DNA of 64,000 bases from an uncultured Verrucomicrobiae bacterium. GTDB taxonomy: Bacteria > Verrucomicrobiota > Verrucomicrobiia > Limisphaerales > DASXHY01. Under the pieces are notes generated by a model. The model saw only the letters and a list, made by a program, of their open reading frames with translations. It ran no database searches and was not told the DNA's origin. Position numbers and translations under genes: made by a program. Shown here one piece after another: positions 33,431 through 42,520 of the stretch. Location of the stretch: positions 1,246,456 to 1,310,455 of the forward strand of contig OY969416.1 of the NCBI GenBank assembly GCA_963699145.1, given 5' to 3'. Each line of letters begins with the position of its first letter. Within the stretch, counting starts at the first letter, position 1.

Positions 33431-34075
33431 CTATCTCGGTCGATTCATTTTTTTCAGCCGCAACAAACTTTCCGGCAACGCGGTGAGTTCGATTTTGTTA
33501 TCATCCGGCTGCCAGACGATGCGCCCATCCGGAAGAATTTTCCGCACCACACCCTGCAACGAACCCTTCAAGGTTTTCACCCGATCGCCCGTTTTGAAAT
33601 TAGCCGCTTCCGCCAGTGACACCATGCCGCCCGCCACCGCCTCACGGTCGAGGACACCGGCGACATAATGTGCTGCGAGCGAGGCCGCTTCGCGCCGCCG
33701 CCCGCGGGGAAATTCCGCGAACAGGGCATCCGTGAGTGTGCGCGCGATTTCCGCAAAAGTGTTGCCGTTGAAAAACAGGAAGGGCGCTTTGCGGTGAAAC
33801 GAGCGCAGCCAGTCTAGTGTTTCGAGGAGTGACCGTGCCTGGCCGCCGCCTTGGAGCCATTCGTCTTCGCAGCGCGCATGAGTTTCTGAATTCTTGCCGT
33901 GCTGCGCTCGGCCTCCGCGGCAGAGTCTTTCGTTGATGCGGACGATAGACTGCCAGTCCCAGTTTTGGAGAAATGGGGCTCGGCCTTGTAACGATGCTGG
34001 TTCGCCTGCGCTTCCTCCAGCGCCATCTTCGGCGTCACTTTCATCGCCAGGTCGTAGCGAAGTTTCATCGGCCAT
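33431..34075 (-). CDS. Hypothetical protein (C-terminal KOW/SH3-like segment); the 5' part is probably read in another frame
   Basis: The downstream two thirds have strong GC3 bias (..FNGNTFAEIARTL..KTGDRVKTLKGSLQGVVRKILPDGRIVW..). The first ~32 codons have poor GC3, whereas the overlapping frame starting at 34068 is GC3-rich. Confidence 0.55.
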   Translation of the reverse strand: MADETSLRPGDESDAEDGAGGSAGEPASLQGRAPFLQNWDWQSIVRINERLCRGGRAQHGKNSETHARCEDEWLQGGGQARSLLETLDWLRSFHRKAPFLFFNGNTFAEIARTLTDALFAEFPRGRRREAASLAAHYVAGVLDREAVAGGMVSLAEAANFKTGDRVKTLKGSLQGVVRKILPDGRIVWQPDDNKIELTALPESLLRLKKMNRPR

Positions 34076-34143
34076 AATTTAACCCCTGCCGCAGTATTCG
34101 CGCAAGTGACGAATTGGACAAGGTGAAACGGAATTCGGAGCAG

Positions 34144-34421
34144 GGCTGACGCATCTAAATTGCAGGAAAGTTTTTCCGCAGCATTTTTTGGCTCGACAGT
34201 AAACTGATTCGGTTTAAAATTTGAACTACCCCATTTGGCCGGAAGAAATGGGGTAGTTCGTGTTTAGAATCGTGTTTTTATTTTCAGTCCTCCTTGCGAT
34301 TAAGCTGGAGTAACCTGCGATCTTGAAGCAGACATCCCCTCATGCTTCCCGTCTTTTGAATGCCGTGGAACTGAATCCCTCAGTCTTCTTTTCAGAATTC
34401 TTGAATTTTAGATGCGTCAGC
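34144..34421. mobile_element. MITE-like element, family 1, copy C
   Basis: Perfect TIRs ggctgacgcatctaaat...atttagatgcgtcagc. Collinear with copy B. Internal perfect 14-bp hairpin at 34223-34259. Confidence 0.8.
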
Positions 34422-34466
34422 TCTGGAATTCGGAGCGCGGAATTCATTCCGCGTGTCGGTGTAATG

Positions 34467-34533
34467 GGTGAATGACGAATGACGAATGACGAATGGGAGG
34501 GCGGCGTGCACGTCCATTCGTCACTTCGTCGTT
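34467..34533. repeat. Heptamer-arm hairpin (gaatgac x3-4 / complementary arm)
   Basis: gaatgac gaatgac gaatgac gaatgg, then a GC-rich loop, then ccattcgtcacttcgtcgtt. Same family at 337-424 and 58841-58943. Confidence 0.8.
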
Positions 34534-34576
34534 TAACGCTGCTCGAATCTTCATCCGAATTGGCGCTGGGGGCTTT

Positions 34577-36565
34577 TCATTGCGTCTTCGAAAAATCCTC
34601 CCGATACGCCTTATCGCTCTGATAAAGCTGCAACCTTTGTTGCATTTCTGGAACCGTCTTTTCCGCGCTCGCCATCGCCGCCACTTGCAGCGCTCTTTGG
34701 ATCGTCGTTTGTGCATCTTTGAAACGACCCGCTTCGGCGTACGCCATCGCCAGCGTATCCAGCACGAACGGCTGCTCGCCACTGGTCAGGTTGGCGGCCC
34801 GTTCCGCCAGCGAGACGGCCTCCGCGCCATTGCGCACCGCCGGATTCTCATCCGCCGCCAGCACGCGCGCGAGCCACGTCAGCGTTTGAAAATCGCCCGG
34901 ATCGCGTTGCAACGCCTCGCGGAAATGCTTCAACGCCTCCGCGCTCTGTCCGTGGCGCAGGCACGCCTTGCCCATCAAATAATACGACCGCGGGTCATCC
35001 GGCTCCAGTTGCGCAGCCTTCGTGTATTCTGTCATCGCCTCCTCAAAGCGGCCCATTTCGGAAAGCAGCGTGGCAAAATTTATATGCGCCACCGCCGCCC
35101 CCGGGTTCAGCCGCAATGCCTCCTGGTATTCGCGAAACGCCTCCTCGCGCAGGCCCATCGACGCGAGCAAATTGGCGACGTTATTCCGCGCCTGGAAACG
35201 ATTCGGCTCGAGGTCGATCGCCTTGCGATATTCCGCGAGCGCTTCCGGCTTGCGATCCTCCTCTTCCAACGCCACACCCAGGTTGATATGCGCAATGGCA
35301 TTGTCCTTCGTCACCGCGATGGCGTGCGCAAAAAGTTTTTGGCTGTCCTGCCAGAACTGCAATTGATACTCCGTGACCAACGCGCACCCAACCAGCACCA
35401 CCCCGGCCACCGCTGAAAGAGCCACCGCCGGAATGCGCCACCGCGTTGCAAGAACCTCGATTCCATAAGCCACCGCGATGAACACGCCAATAAGTGGAAC
35501 ATACGTATACCGATCCGCCAGCGCCTGGCCGCCAACCTGCACCAAGCCAATCACCGGCACGAGCGTGCCCAAAAACCACAGCCAGCCGATAAGCACCGGC
35601 GGCGCATTTTTGCGCACTCTCCACGCGAGTAATGAAATCAAAATCAACACGACCGCAGCGAGTGCGATTTGCCACTGCGGAATTTGACCTGGCAAGGGAT
35701 AGATGATCGCCAGCTTCGCCGGCCACACCATTTTGCCGAGATATTCCGCGTAAGAAACCAGCGCATTCGCCACGCGCACGCCGAACGGCCGTTGTTCCAG
35801 CGACACGACCGCTTCCGTGCGCTGCGCCAGAAACGTGACCACACACGAAGCGGTGGTGAGCGCGAGAAACGGAAGCTTTTCGATGAGCACACGGCGTGTT
35901 GCGTGTTGCGTATTACGTGTTGAAGAATCCGCAGCGCCGATTCCCCACACTCGAATCCTCCCCAACGGCCAGACATCCAGCAACAGCATCACAAACGGCA
36001 GCGTGACCAGCATCGGCTTCGCCATCAGACTGAGCACGAAGAACCCAATCGTCCACGCATACCAGACTCTGGACTGTGGACTGTGGACTGTGGACTTCAC
36101 ATACCGCACATAAGCCAGCAACGCCAGCAATCCAAAAAACGTGCTGAGCACATCCTTCCGCTCCGCAAGCCACGCCACGGATTCTACGTGCAACGGATGC
36201 AGCGCAAACAACGCCGCCACGAACGCCGACGTCCACTTTTTTTCGGTCATGCGCAGCAACAGCACGAACAACACCAGTGCGTTCGCCGCATGAATCCAGA
36301 CATTGACGAGGTGCTGCTTGCCCGCGTCGGGACCGAAGAGGCTCGCATCGAGCATATGCGAGAGCCACGTCAGCGGATGCCAATTGCTCGCGTGCCACGT
36401 CGTGAACGCCCACTTCACACCCGCCCACGTCATCCCCGCGCGCACGTGCGGATCACCGACATAAATCGGGTCATCGAAAACCACAAGGCCCGCATGCCGC
36501 ACTGGCAAATAAACCAGCACGGTCAGCAAAGCGAGCAACAAGCAAATCGTCCGCGAACGAACCAT
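34577..36565 (-). CDS. TMTC-like membrane protein: polytopic GT-C/PMT-like N-terminal domain (DUF1736-like) + C-terminal TPR repeats
   Basis: 662 aa with about 10 TM helices. FDDPIYV... and NVWIHAANALVLF motifs, then about 7 TPR units (A...Y..AL.L.P....A..NLA..L). Confidence 0.8.
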   Translation of the reverse strand: MVRSRTICLLLALLTVLVYLPVRHAGLVVFDDPIYVGDPHVRAGMTWAGVKWAFTTWHASNWHPLTWLSHMLDASLFGPDAGKQHLVNVWIHAANALVLFVLLLRMTEKKWTSAFVAALFALHPLHVESVAWLAERKDVLSTFFGLLALLAYVRYVKSTVHSPQSRVWYAWTIGFFVLSLMAKPMLVTLPFVMLLLDVWPLGRIRVWGIGAADSSTRNTQHATRRVLIEKLPFLALTTASCVVTFLAQRTEAVVSLEQRPFGVRVANALVSYAEYLGKMVWPAKLAIIYPLPGQIPQWQIALAAVVLILISLLAWRVRKNAPPVLIGWLWFLGTLVPVIGLVQVGGQALADRYTYVPLIGVFIAVAYGIEVLATRWRIPAVALSAVAGVVLVGCALVTEYQLQFWQDSQKLFAHAIAVTKDNAIAHINLGVALEEEDRKPEALAEYRKAIDLEPNRFQARNNVANLLASMGLREEAFREYQEALRLNPGAAVAHINFATLLSEMGRFEEAMTEYTKAAQLEPDDPRSYYLMGKACLRHGQSAEALKHFREALQRDPGDFQTLTWLARVLAADENPAVRNGAEAVSLAERAANLTSGEQPFVLDTLAMAYAEAGRFKDAQTTIQRALQVAAMASAEKTVPEMQQRLQLYQSDKAYREDFSKTQ

Positions 36566-36655
36566 CGCCCTTCTTTGTGGTTTATTTCCCAGATGGCAAC
36601 AAGCGCGAATTGCGAAGCCAGAGCCTGGGACCGCCGGCGTCCCGCCGGCCGGTAC

Positions 36656-36690
36656 AAAAAAACGGGACGAGCGTCAAACGCCCGTCCCGT
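36656..36690 (-). terminator. Rho-independent terminator downstream of the EF-hand gene
   Basis: The minus strand reads acgggacgggcgtttgacgctcgtcccgt followed by TTTTTTT, an 8-bp GC-rich stem plus a U-tract, about 22 nt after the stop at 36712. Confidence 0.6.
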
Positions 36691-36711
36691 GGGTGGTGGG
36701 TTCCGGCAAGC

Positions 36712-37119
36712 TCAATTATCCGGCGGCGGTTGCTGCGGCGCCGGACCGCCAGCGCCCGGGGGTGGTCCCTGGTGGCGACCACCACCTTGCGGGCGCGGCG
36801 GACGCAACTCATCGGGCGTCAATTTTCCATCGCCGTTTTTATCCAGCGTCTTCAAAGCTGCCGAAGCATTCGCGATTTCGGTGGCGTCGATAATCCCGTC
36901 GTGATTCGCGTCCAGCGCCTCCATCAGCGGCGAAGGCGGCATCATGCGCCGTCCGCCCGGGCCTCCCGGACCGCCAGGTCCGCCGCCGGGTCCGCCTGGT
37001 TGAAACGGGCGATCACCTCCCGGCGGAGGACCGCCGGCTCCGGCATCTTGCGCGTTCACGATCAATGCCGACGCGCTGAGTGCGATCAACGCGAGCAGGG
37101 TTTTCATTGTGGTTTTCAT
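36712..37119 (-). CDS. Secreted EF-hand calcium-binding protein with Gly/Pro-rich linkers
   Basis: Signal peptide [19 protein letters not shown]. Two EF-hand loops, [12 protein letters not shown] and [12 protein letters not shown]. Confidence 0.8.
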   Translation of the reverse strand: MKTTMKTLLALIALSASALIVNAQDAGAGGPPPGGDRPFQPGGPGGGPGGPGGPGGRRMMPPSPLMEALDANHDGIIDATEIANASAALKTLDKNGDGKLTPDELRPPRPQGGGRHQGPPPGAGGPAPQQPPPDN

Positions 37120-37161
37120 GTGTCTTTCCTTTTTTGGTTGTTGTTGGTTGTGACTGTTAAA

Positions 37162-37566
37162 TCAGGTTGCCATTGAAAATTTGGAGAAATTGGCGGCGAC
37201 ATCCGCCAGGGTTCGCTTGAGCACGCCGATTGAAAATGGTTTGCAAAGCAGGCCGCAAAATCCGTCCTCGCGCGCGGATGCCTCAGTGAAAAGTCCGCTG
37301 CCCGTGGCGAGCAACACCTGGGTGGAAGGCGAAATGATCTCGACCTGCCGCCGGAAATCGACGCCGTTCATCCCCGGCATTTCAAAATCCGTCACGACCA
37401 AATCGAATTTTCCGGGTGCCTCCGCCAGCGCGTCGAGCGCCTGCCACGGCGAAGCGAACGAAGAAATCTGCGCCCCGCTCACCGCCGCGAGCAATTGTGC
37501 CACGGTGTTCAGCGCGAGCGTATCGTCATCCACCACCATCCAGCGAGCGCCTGTTTCATTTATCAT
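37162..37566 (-). CDS. Single-domain response regulator (CheY-like receiver)
   Basis: WMVVDDDTLAL...DLVVTDFEMPGMNG...LLATGS...CKPF. Confidence 0.8.
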   Translation of the reverse strand: MINETGARWMVVDDDTLALNTVAQLLAAVSGAQISSFASPWQALDALAEAPGKFDLVVTDFEMPGMNGVDFRRQVEIISPSTQVLLATGSGLFTEASAREDGFCGLLCKPFSIGVLKRTLADVAANFSKFSMAT

Positions 37567-37822
37567 GGCGCCACTCTACGCGAAGCCACCTTAAGAGAAT
37601 GTGAAGATGAAAAAAAAACCTGTCGCAGCCTTGTTCGCAGAATGGCGGGCGCATTTCCAAGAGACTCCGCGAGAGTAGGTTGCATCAAACGGCGCACCAG
37701 CGTCCCGGACTGCGCCAGCCCTCTGGCGCTTTCCACCGGAGCGTTGCCAAGCCCACCGTCATAAAACCCGCGTATGGGGGAGAATCCTCGACTCATCACC
37801 ACAACTCACAACCCGCGAACTA

Positions 37823-39226
37823 CTAGAGTCCAAGGAACACTCCCGCAATCGCCGCGTTCAGCAGCGTTGCGGCGAAGCCGACGAAGAGCGCGCGCAGCCC
37901 CAGCCGCGCCAGATCGCTGCGGCGCCCGGGCGCGATGGCGCCGATGCCGCCGAGTTGGATGCCCACCGAAGCAAAATTCGCAAACCCGGTCAGCGCAAAC
38001 GCCGCGAGCGTATACGAGCGATCGGTCATGAAATTCGGCGTGTCCTTCCAGCCTTTCATGACCAGGTAGGCGTAATGTTCGTTGATGGAAAGTTTCGCGC
38101 CGAGCAGGGTCGCGACGTGATGCACGTCCTTCGTTTCGACACCCATCAGGAATGCCGCGGGCGAAAACAGCCACCCGAACACAACCGCCAGCGACAGGCC
38201 GGGATGAATCCAGCCCAGGATCGCATCGAACATCGCCACGAACGCGATGAACACGATCAGCATCGCGGCGACGTTCAGCGCCAGCGCGAGGCCGTCCGTC
38301 GTGCCGGCGGTGATGGCGTCGATGCCGTTGACGAACGGCGATTTCACCTTGTCGCGATGAATGGTGCCGGCGGTTTCCGGCGTGCTGGTTTCCGGCATGA
38401 ACAATTTGGAAAGATACAGGCTGCACGGGCACGCCATGATGCACGTGGTGAGCACCGCCACGGCGTCCGCGCCGTAACTGATGTAGACGACCATCATCGC
38501 GCCCGAGATGTGCGCCATGCCGCTGGTCATGAGCGCGAACAATTCGGAATTGGTCATGCGCGGCACGTAGGGTTTCACGATGAGCGGCGCTTCGGTCTGG
38601 CCCATGAAGACATTGGCCGCAACCGAAAGCGTTTCCGCGCCGCTCGTGCGCATGAGGTGGACCATGCCGAAAGCCATCAGCCGCACGATGCGCTGCAAGA
38701 CGCCGTAATGATAGAGCATCGTGAAAAACGCGGAGATAAAGAGAATGGGCGGGAGCGCCTTGAACGCGAACATGAACAGCATTTCCTTGCCGGGGTTCAA
38801 CGCGATATCGCCGGGCCGCGCGAGATTGCCGAAAACGAATTCCGCGCCTTTGTCCGAGAAATTGATGAACTGCACGACGACTTCTTTGGCCGTCTCCAGC
38901 GCGTGATGCACCGCCGGCACCTTCAGCACCAGCACGGCGAGGATGATTTGCAACCCAACTCCCCACCCGATCGTGCGCCAATTGACCGCGCGCAGGTTCG
39001 AGGAAAACATCGCGACGAGTCCGAAGAAACAAAATACCCCCGCCAGCGCCTGCCCGCGCAGCCCGATGACTTCCTGCATCGAATATGCAGCGAAAGCCAG
39101 CATGATAACGGCGGCACCGATGCCCGCGCGCCAGGTCCAGGGTGTGGGAGGTTTCTGGGGGAGAAGAGCTGCTGCCGCGGGAAGGCTCGCGGCCTCGGGC
39201 ACAGACTCGGCTTGCATGGGCGGCAC
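37823..39226 (-). CDS. nupC: Concentrative nucleoside transporter (NupC/CNT family)
   Basis: 467-aa polytopic protein. GAEFVFGNLA, ...ETLSVAANVFMGQTEAPL... and ...TSGMAHISGAMMVVY... are characteristic CNT blocks. Confidence 0.85.
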   Translation of the reverse strand: MPPMQAESVPEAASLPAAAALLPQKPPTPWTWRAGIGAAVIMLAFAAYSMQEVIGLRGQALAGVFCFFGLVAMFSSNLRAVNWRTIGWGVGLQIILAVLVLKVPAVHHALETAKEVVVQFINFSDKGAEFVFGNLARPGDIALNPGKEMLFMFAFKALPPILFISAFFTMLYHYGVLQRIVRLMAFGMVHLMRTSGAETLSVAANVFMGQTEAPLIVKPYVPRMTNSELFALMTSGMAHISGAMMVVYISYGADAVAVLTTCIMACPCSLYLSKLFMPETSTPETAGTIHRDKVKSPFVNGIDAITAGTTDGLALALNVAAMLIVFIAFVAMFDAILGWIHPGLSLAVVFGWLFSPAAFLMGVETKDVHHVATLLGAKLSINEHYAYLVMKGWKDTPNFMTDRSYTLAAFALTGFANFASVGIQLGGIGAIAPGRRSDLARLGLRALFVGFAATLLNAAIAGVFLGL

Positions 39227-39437
39227 TCTAATTGGTTGAGAGTTAAGAGTCGAAAGAATTTACGATTTGCGATTGACGCACGGTGAGCAATGTCCCGGAT
39301 ACCTCCCAACGCCGGGGCGAGCGTCCTCGGGAGGCGCGGAGGTGTCCTGCCTCACGCGGCTCGCGAGTACGGCGCTCCGGCTTTTGCGAAGATTTCCTTC
39401 AAGATTCTTTCGGTGGCGTACGTCATTGCGAAAATTT

Positions 39438-39500
39438 GAGGCTTGGATTTGGAGTTTTTCTGGAGTTTGGAGCCTGGAATTTGGAACTTTTTCCAAATCC
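39438..39500. repeat. Heptamer-periodic repeat (cttggat/ttggag type), partial copy of the 4218/10493 family
   Basis: gaggcttggatttggagtttttctggagtttggagcctggaatttggaactttttccaaatcc. It lies in the divergent intergenic region between nupC and the peptidase gene. Confidence 0.7.
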
Positions 39501-39555
39501 AACGCCTGCCATCCTTGATTTTCTGTGTAAGGTGGGGTTAAGTAGGTAGGTAGCC

Positions 39556-42378
39556 GTGAAAACTTTTTCAAGAAGCGTGGGGTTTCCCCTGCATTCGCTG
39601 ACTCTCCTTGGGACCTCCGTGTTGATTTTTTTCGCCCTGGCATTTTCAGCGCCCGCCCAGGCCCTCCAACAACTGCACCAGCGCCATGCGCAGGTCACTA
39701 AAAAACTCAAGCCCGTCGACCAGCTCGCCGCCAATGCGCAACTGGACCTGGCCATCGGACTGCCGTTGCGCAACCGGGACAAGCTGACGAATTTGTTGGA
39801 GGAGCTTTACCAGCCAGCCAGCCCCAGTTTTCACCATTTCTTGACGCCGGATGAGTTCGCGAATTCCTTCGGGCCGACCGAAGAGGACTATAAGTCGGTG
39901 ATTAATTTTGCCAGGGATCACAAACTGACGGTCAAAAGAACCCATAACAATCGCACGTTGCTGGATGTGAGCGGGGCGGTCGCTGACATCGAGAAGGCAT
40001 TTCACGTTCACATGCGGGTCTATAAGCATCCGACGGAAGACCGGAATTTTTTCGCGCCGGATGCGGAGCCGACGGTGGATCTTGCCACGCCGCTGCTGGC
40101 GATCAGCGGTTTGGATAGTTACGTAAAACCCAAACCGAATATCCATGTGAACTTGAACGCGAAAGTTCAGCCGAAGGTTCATCCGTTGGGTGGGGGAGAT
40201 GGCAGTGGCGGAAGTGGCAGCGGCGGCTCGGGTCCCTACGGTTTTATGGGCTATGATTTCCAGGCGGCTTACACACCGCAGACTTTGCTTGATGGCACGG
40301 GGCAAACGGTCGGGCTGTTTGAATTGAGCGGTTATGCTTCAGCGGACATTGATGATTACGTTTCGGAAACGAGCTTGCCGGGTGTGACGCTGGAAAATGT
40401 TTACGTCGATGAAACCGAAGGGGACGACTCGGATATCAACTTCTCGGTTGAATGCACCGCGGACATTGAAATGGTCATCTCGATGGCACCGGGATTGAGC
40501 AAGGTGTACGTGTATGAGTCGCCCACGCCGACGAACCAACCGACGGCGAGGCAAACTCCGGCCACGACTGCGCAGATCAATGATACGCTCAACAAGATGG
40601 CGACGGACAATCTTTCGCGGCAGTTGAGCTGTTCCTACGCGATGGATATCAACAATTCCACCGTGCAGATTTTTCAGCAATTTGCCGCGCAAGGTCAGAG
40701 TTTTTTCCAGGCCAGCGGCGACAACGGGGCGTATCCGGCATCGATTGATGAACCGATTGACGATCCTTATATCACGGTGGCGGGTGGGACGGCGTTGACG
40801 GTCGACACTACCGACACAAACAATCCCGATGCGTGGCTCTCAGAGTCGGTATGGAACACGCCGGCGGGAACGGATGAATTCGGCGATCCGACTCCCTATC
40901 AGGCCACCGGCGGCGGCATTAGCCGGACCTATCCCATTCCAGCCTGGCAACAGGGCATCAGCATGGCAGACAACCAAGGTTCAACCACCATGCGGAATAT
41001 CCCGGACGTTGCCTCCGTGGCCGTGAATGTGGATATGGTTTGGGGTAACGATTATTTGGGTGGATTATTAGGAGGTTCAACTGATCTCCCAGTGGCCGGC
41101 ACGAGTCTCGCAGCGCCGCTTTGGGCGGCGTTCACCGCTTTGGTGAACCAGCAGGCGGAGGCCAATGGCCAACCGCCGGTCGGCTTTATCAACCCGGCGC
41201 TCTACGCCATTGGCAAAAGCGCAAATTACAGTTCGATTTTCCACGACATCACTGATGGCGATAACACGTCATCCCGAAGTCCGAATAATTACTACGCGAC
41301 GGAGGGTTACGACCTCTGCACCGGTTGGGGGACGCCGAACGATCCGCTGATCGATGCGCTCTTGCAGCCTCCGACTGAGAGCCTGGTGATCAACCCGCCC
41401 TTCGGCTTTACTTCGATCGGGCCGGGCGGGGGACCGTTCAGCGTCACTTCACAAACTTACACGCTCACGAATATCGGCGCGCAATCGTTGGACTGGAACC
41501 TGGGCAACAACGCCAGTTGGCTGACGGTTTCGAAGACGTCCGGCACGCTGGCTCCGGGCGAATCCACCACGGTGACCGTCAATTTCAATGCCGGCGTGAA
41601 TAATTTCCTGATCACGAAAGCCATCGGCAACGTCACGTTTACCAACCTCACGAGCGGCACTTTCCAGGATCGGCAATTTGATTTGTACGTGGGCAATGGC
41701 GGGTTCGAAACCGGCGATTTGAATTACTGGACGCTGGTGGGGAACGTTCACAGCGTCTTTCCTTTGGCGGCGGATGATGTGGACGTGGCGGGCACGAACG
41801 CGCTGCCCACCGCGCCCGACGAGTCATTTGTCCGTTCCGGGCTGTATGGCGGTTTTCTCGGCGAGGTTCCGCCGGATGCTTCTCTCTCTCACGCCGTCAT
41901 CACAGCTGCCGGCCAACCGTACGTCGTCTCCTTCTGGTTGACGAGCGTGGCGGGAAAAGGAAAGACCACGCCGAATCATTTTGCGGCGAAATGGAACGGC
42001 ACGGTGCTTTACAATCAAACAAACCTGCCGGCATTCGGCTGGACGAACCTGCAATTCACAGTTCCCGGCGGGAGTTCGAGTTCAACGCTGGAATTCGATT
42101 TCAGCGACCAACCGGGGGCGTTCGGTTTGGATGATGTTTCCGTCACGACCGGTGGCGCGCCAGCGGGTCCGCTCGAGTCGATCGCGTTCTCATCCGGCAG
42201 CAACCTGACGATTTCGTGGCCGCTTTCTGCCGCGGCATTTCAACTCCAATCCACCACCGACCCGGGCAATCCCAGTTCGTGGTTGAATGTGGCCGCGCCG
42301 CTGACGACGAACGGCGGCCAGGTTTCCACGGTTGTGCCGATCCAGGGTGTGCAGCAATTTTTCCGGCTGAAACAGTAG
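39556..42378 (+). CDS. Secreted S53 (sedolisin/kumamolisin-like) serine peptidase with pro-domain, C-terminal beta-domains and an FFRL-type module
   Basis: GTG start and signal peptide ...FFALAFSAPAQA. Pro-kumamolisin-like activation region (FHHFLTPDEFANSFGP...). Catalytic-Ser context AGTSLAAPLWAAF. C-terminus ..LTISWPLSAAAFQLQSTTD...GVQQFFRLKQ. Confidence 0.85.
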   Translation: MKTFSRSVGFPLHSLTLLGTSVLIFFALAFSAPAQALQQLHQRHAQVTKKLKPVDQLAANAQLDLAIGLPLRNRDKLTNLLEELYQPASPSFHHFLTPDEFANSFGPTEEDYKSVINFARDHKLTVKRTHNNRTLLDVSGAVADIEKAFHVHMRVYKHPTEDRNFFAPDAEPTVDLATPLLAISGLDSYVKPKPNIHVNLNAKVQPKVHPLGGGDGSGGSGSGGSGPYGFMGYDFQAAYTPQTLLDGTGQTVGLFELSGYASADIDDYVSETSLPGVTLENVYVDETEGDDSDINFSVECTADIEMVISMAPGLSKVYVYESPTPTNQPTARQTPATTAQINDTLNKMATDNLSRQLSCSYAMDINNSTVQIFQQFAAQGQSFFQASGDNGAYPASIDEPIDDPYITVAGGTALTVDTTDTNNPDAWLSESVWNTPAGTDEFGDPTPYQATGGGISRTYPIPAWQQGISMADNQGSTTMRNIPDVASVAVNVDMVWGNDYLGGLLGGSTDLPVAGTSLAAPLWAAFTALVNQQAEANGQPPVGFINPALYAIGKSANYSSIFHDITDGDNTSSRSPNNYYATEGYDLCTGWGTPNDPLIDALLQPPTESLVINPPFGFTSIGPGGGPFSVTSQTYTLTNIGAQSLDWNLGNNASWLTVSKTSGTLAPGESTTVTVNFNAGVNNFLITKAIGNVTFTNLTSGTFQDRQFDLYVGNGGFETGDLNYWTLVGNVHSVFPLAADDVDVAGTNALPTAPDESFVRSGLYGGFLGEVPPDASLSHAVITAAGQPYVVSFWLTSVAGKGKTTPNHFAAKWNGTVLYNQTNLPAFGWTNLQFTVPGGSSSSTLEFDFSDQPGAFGLDDVSVTTGGAPAGPLESIAFSSGSNLTISWPLSAAAFQLQSTTDPGNPSSWLNVAAPLTTNGGQVSTVVPIQGVQQFFRLKQ

Positions 42379-42520
42379 CGGCGTCGATTCCGAAACACAT
42401 TTGCGGAATAAATCGGCACGGATTAAGGTCTGCGCGGTCTAGATGAAAAAGGAACTGTTCACCTGCGTACGCGATCGCATGACTCGCTGGACATGATGCC
42501 GATACCAGAACCATTGATTT

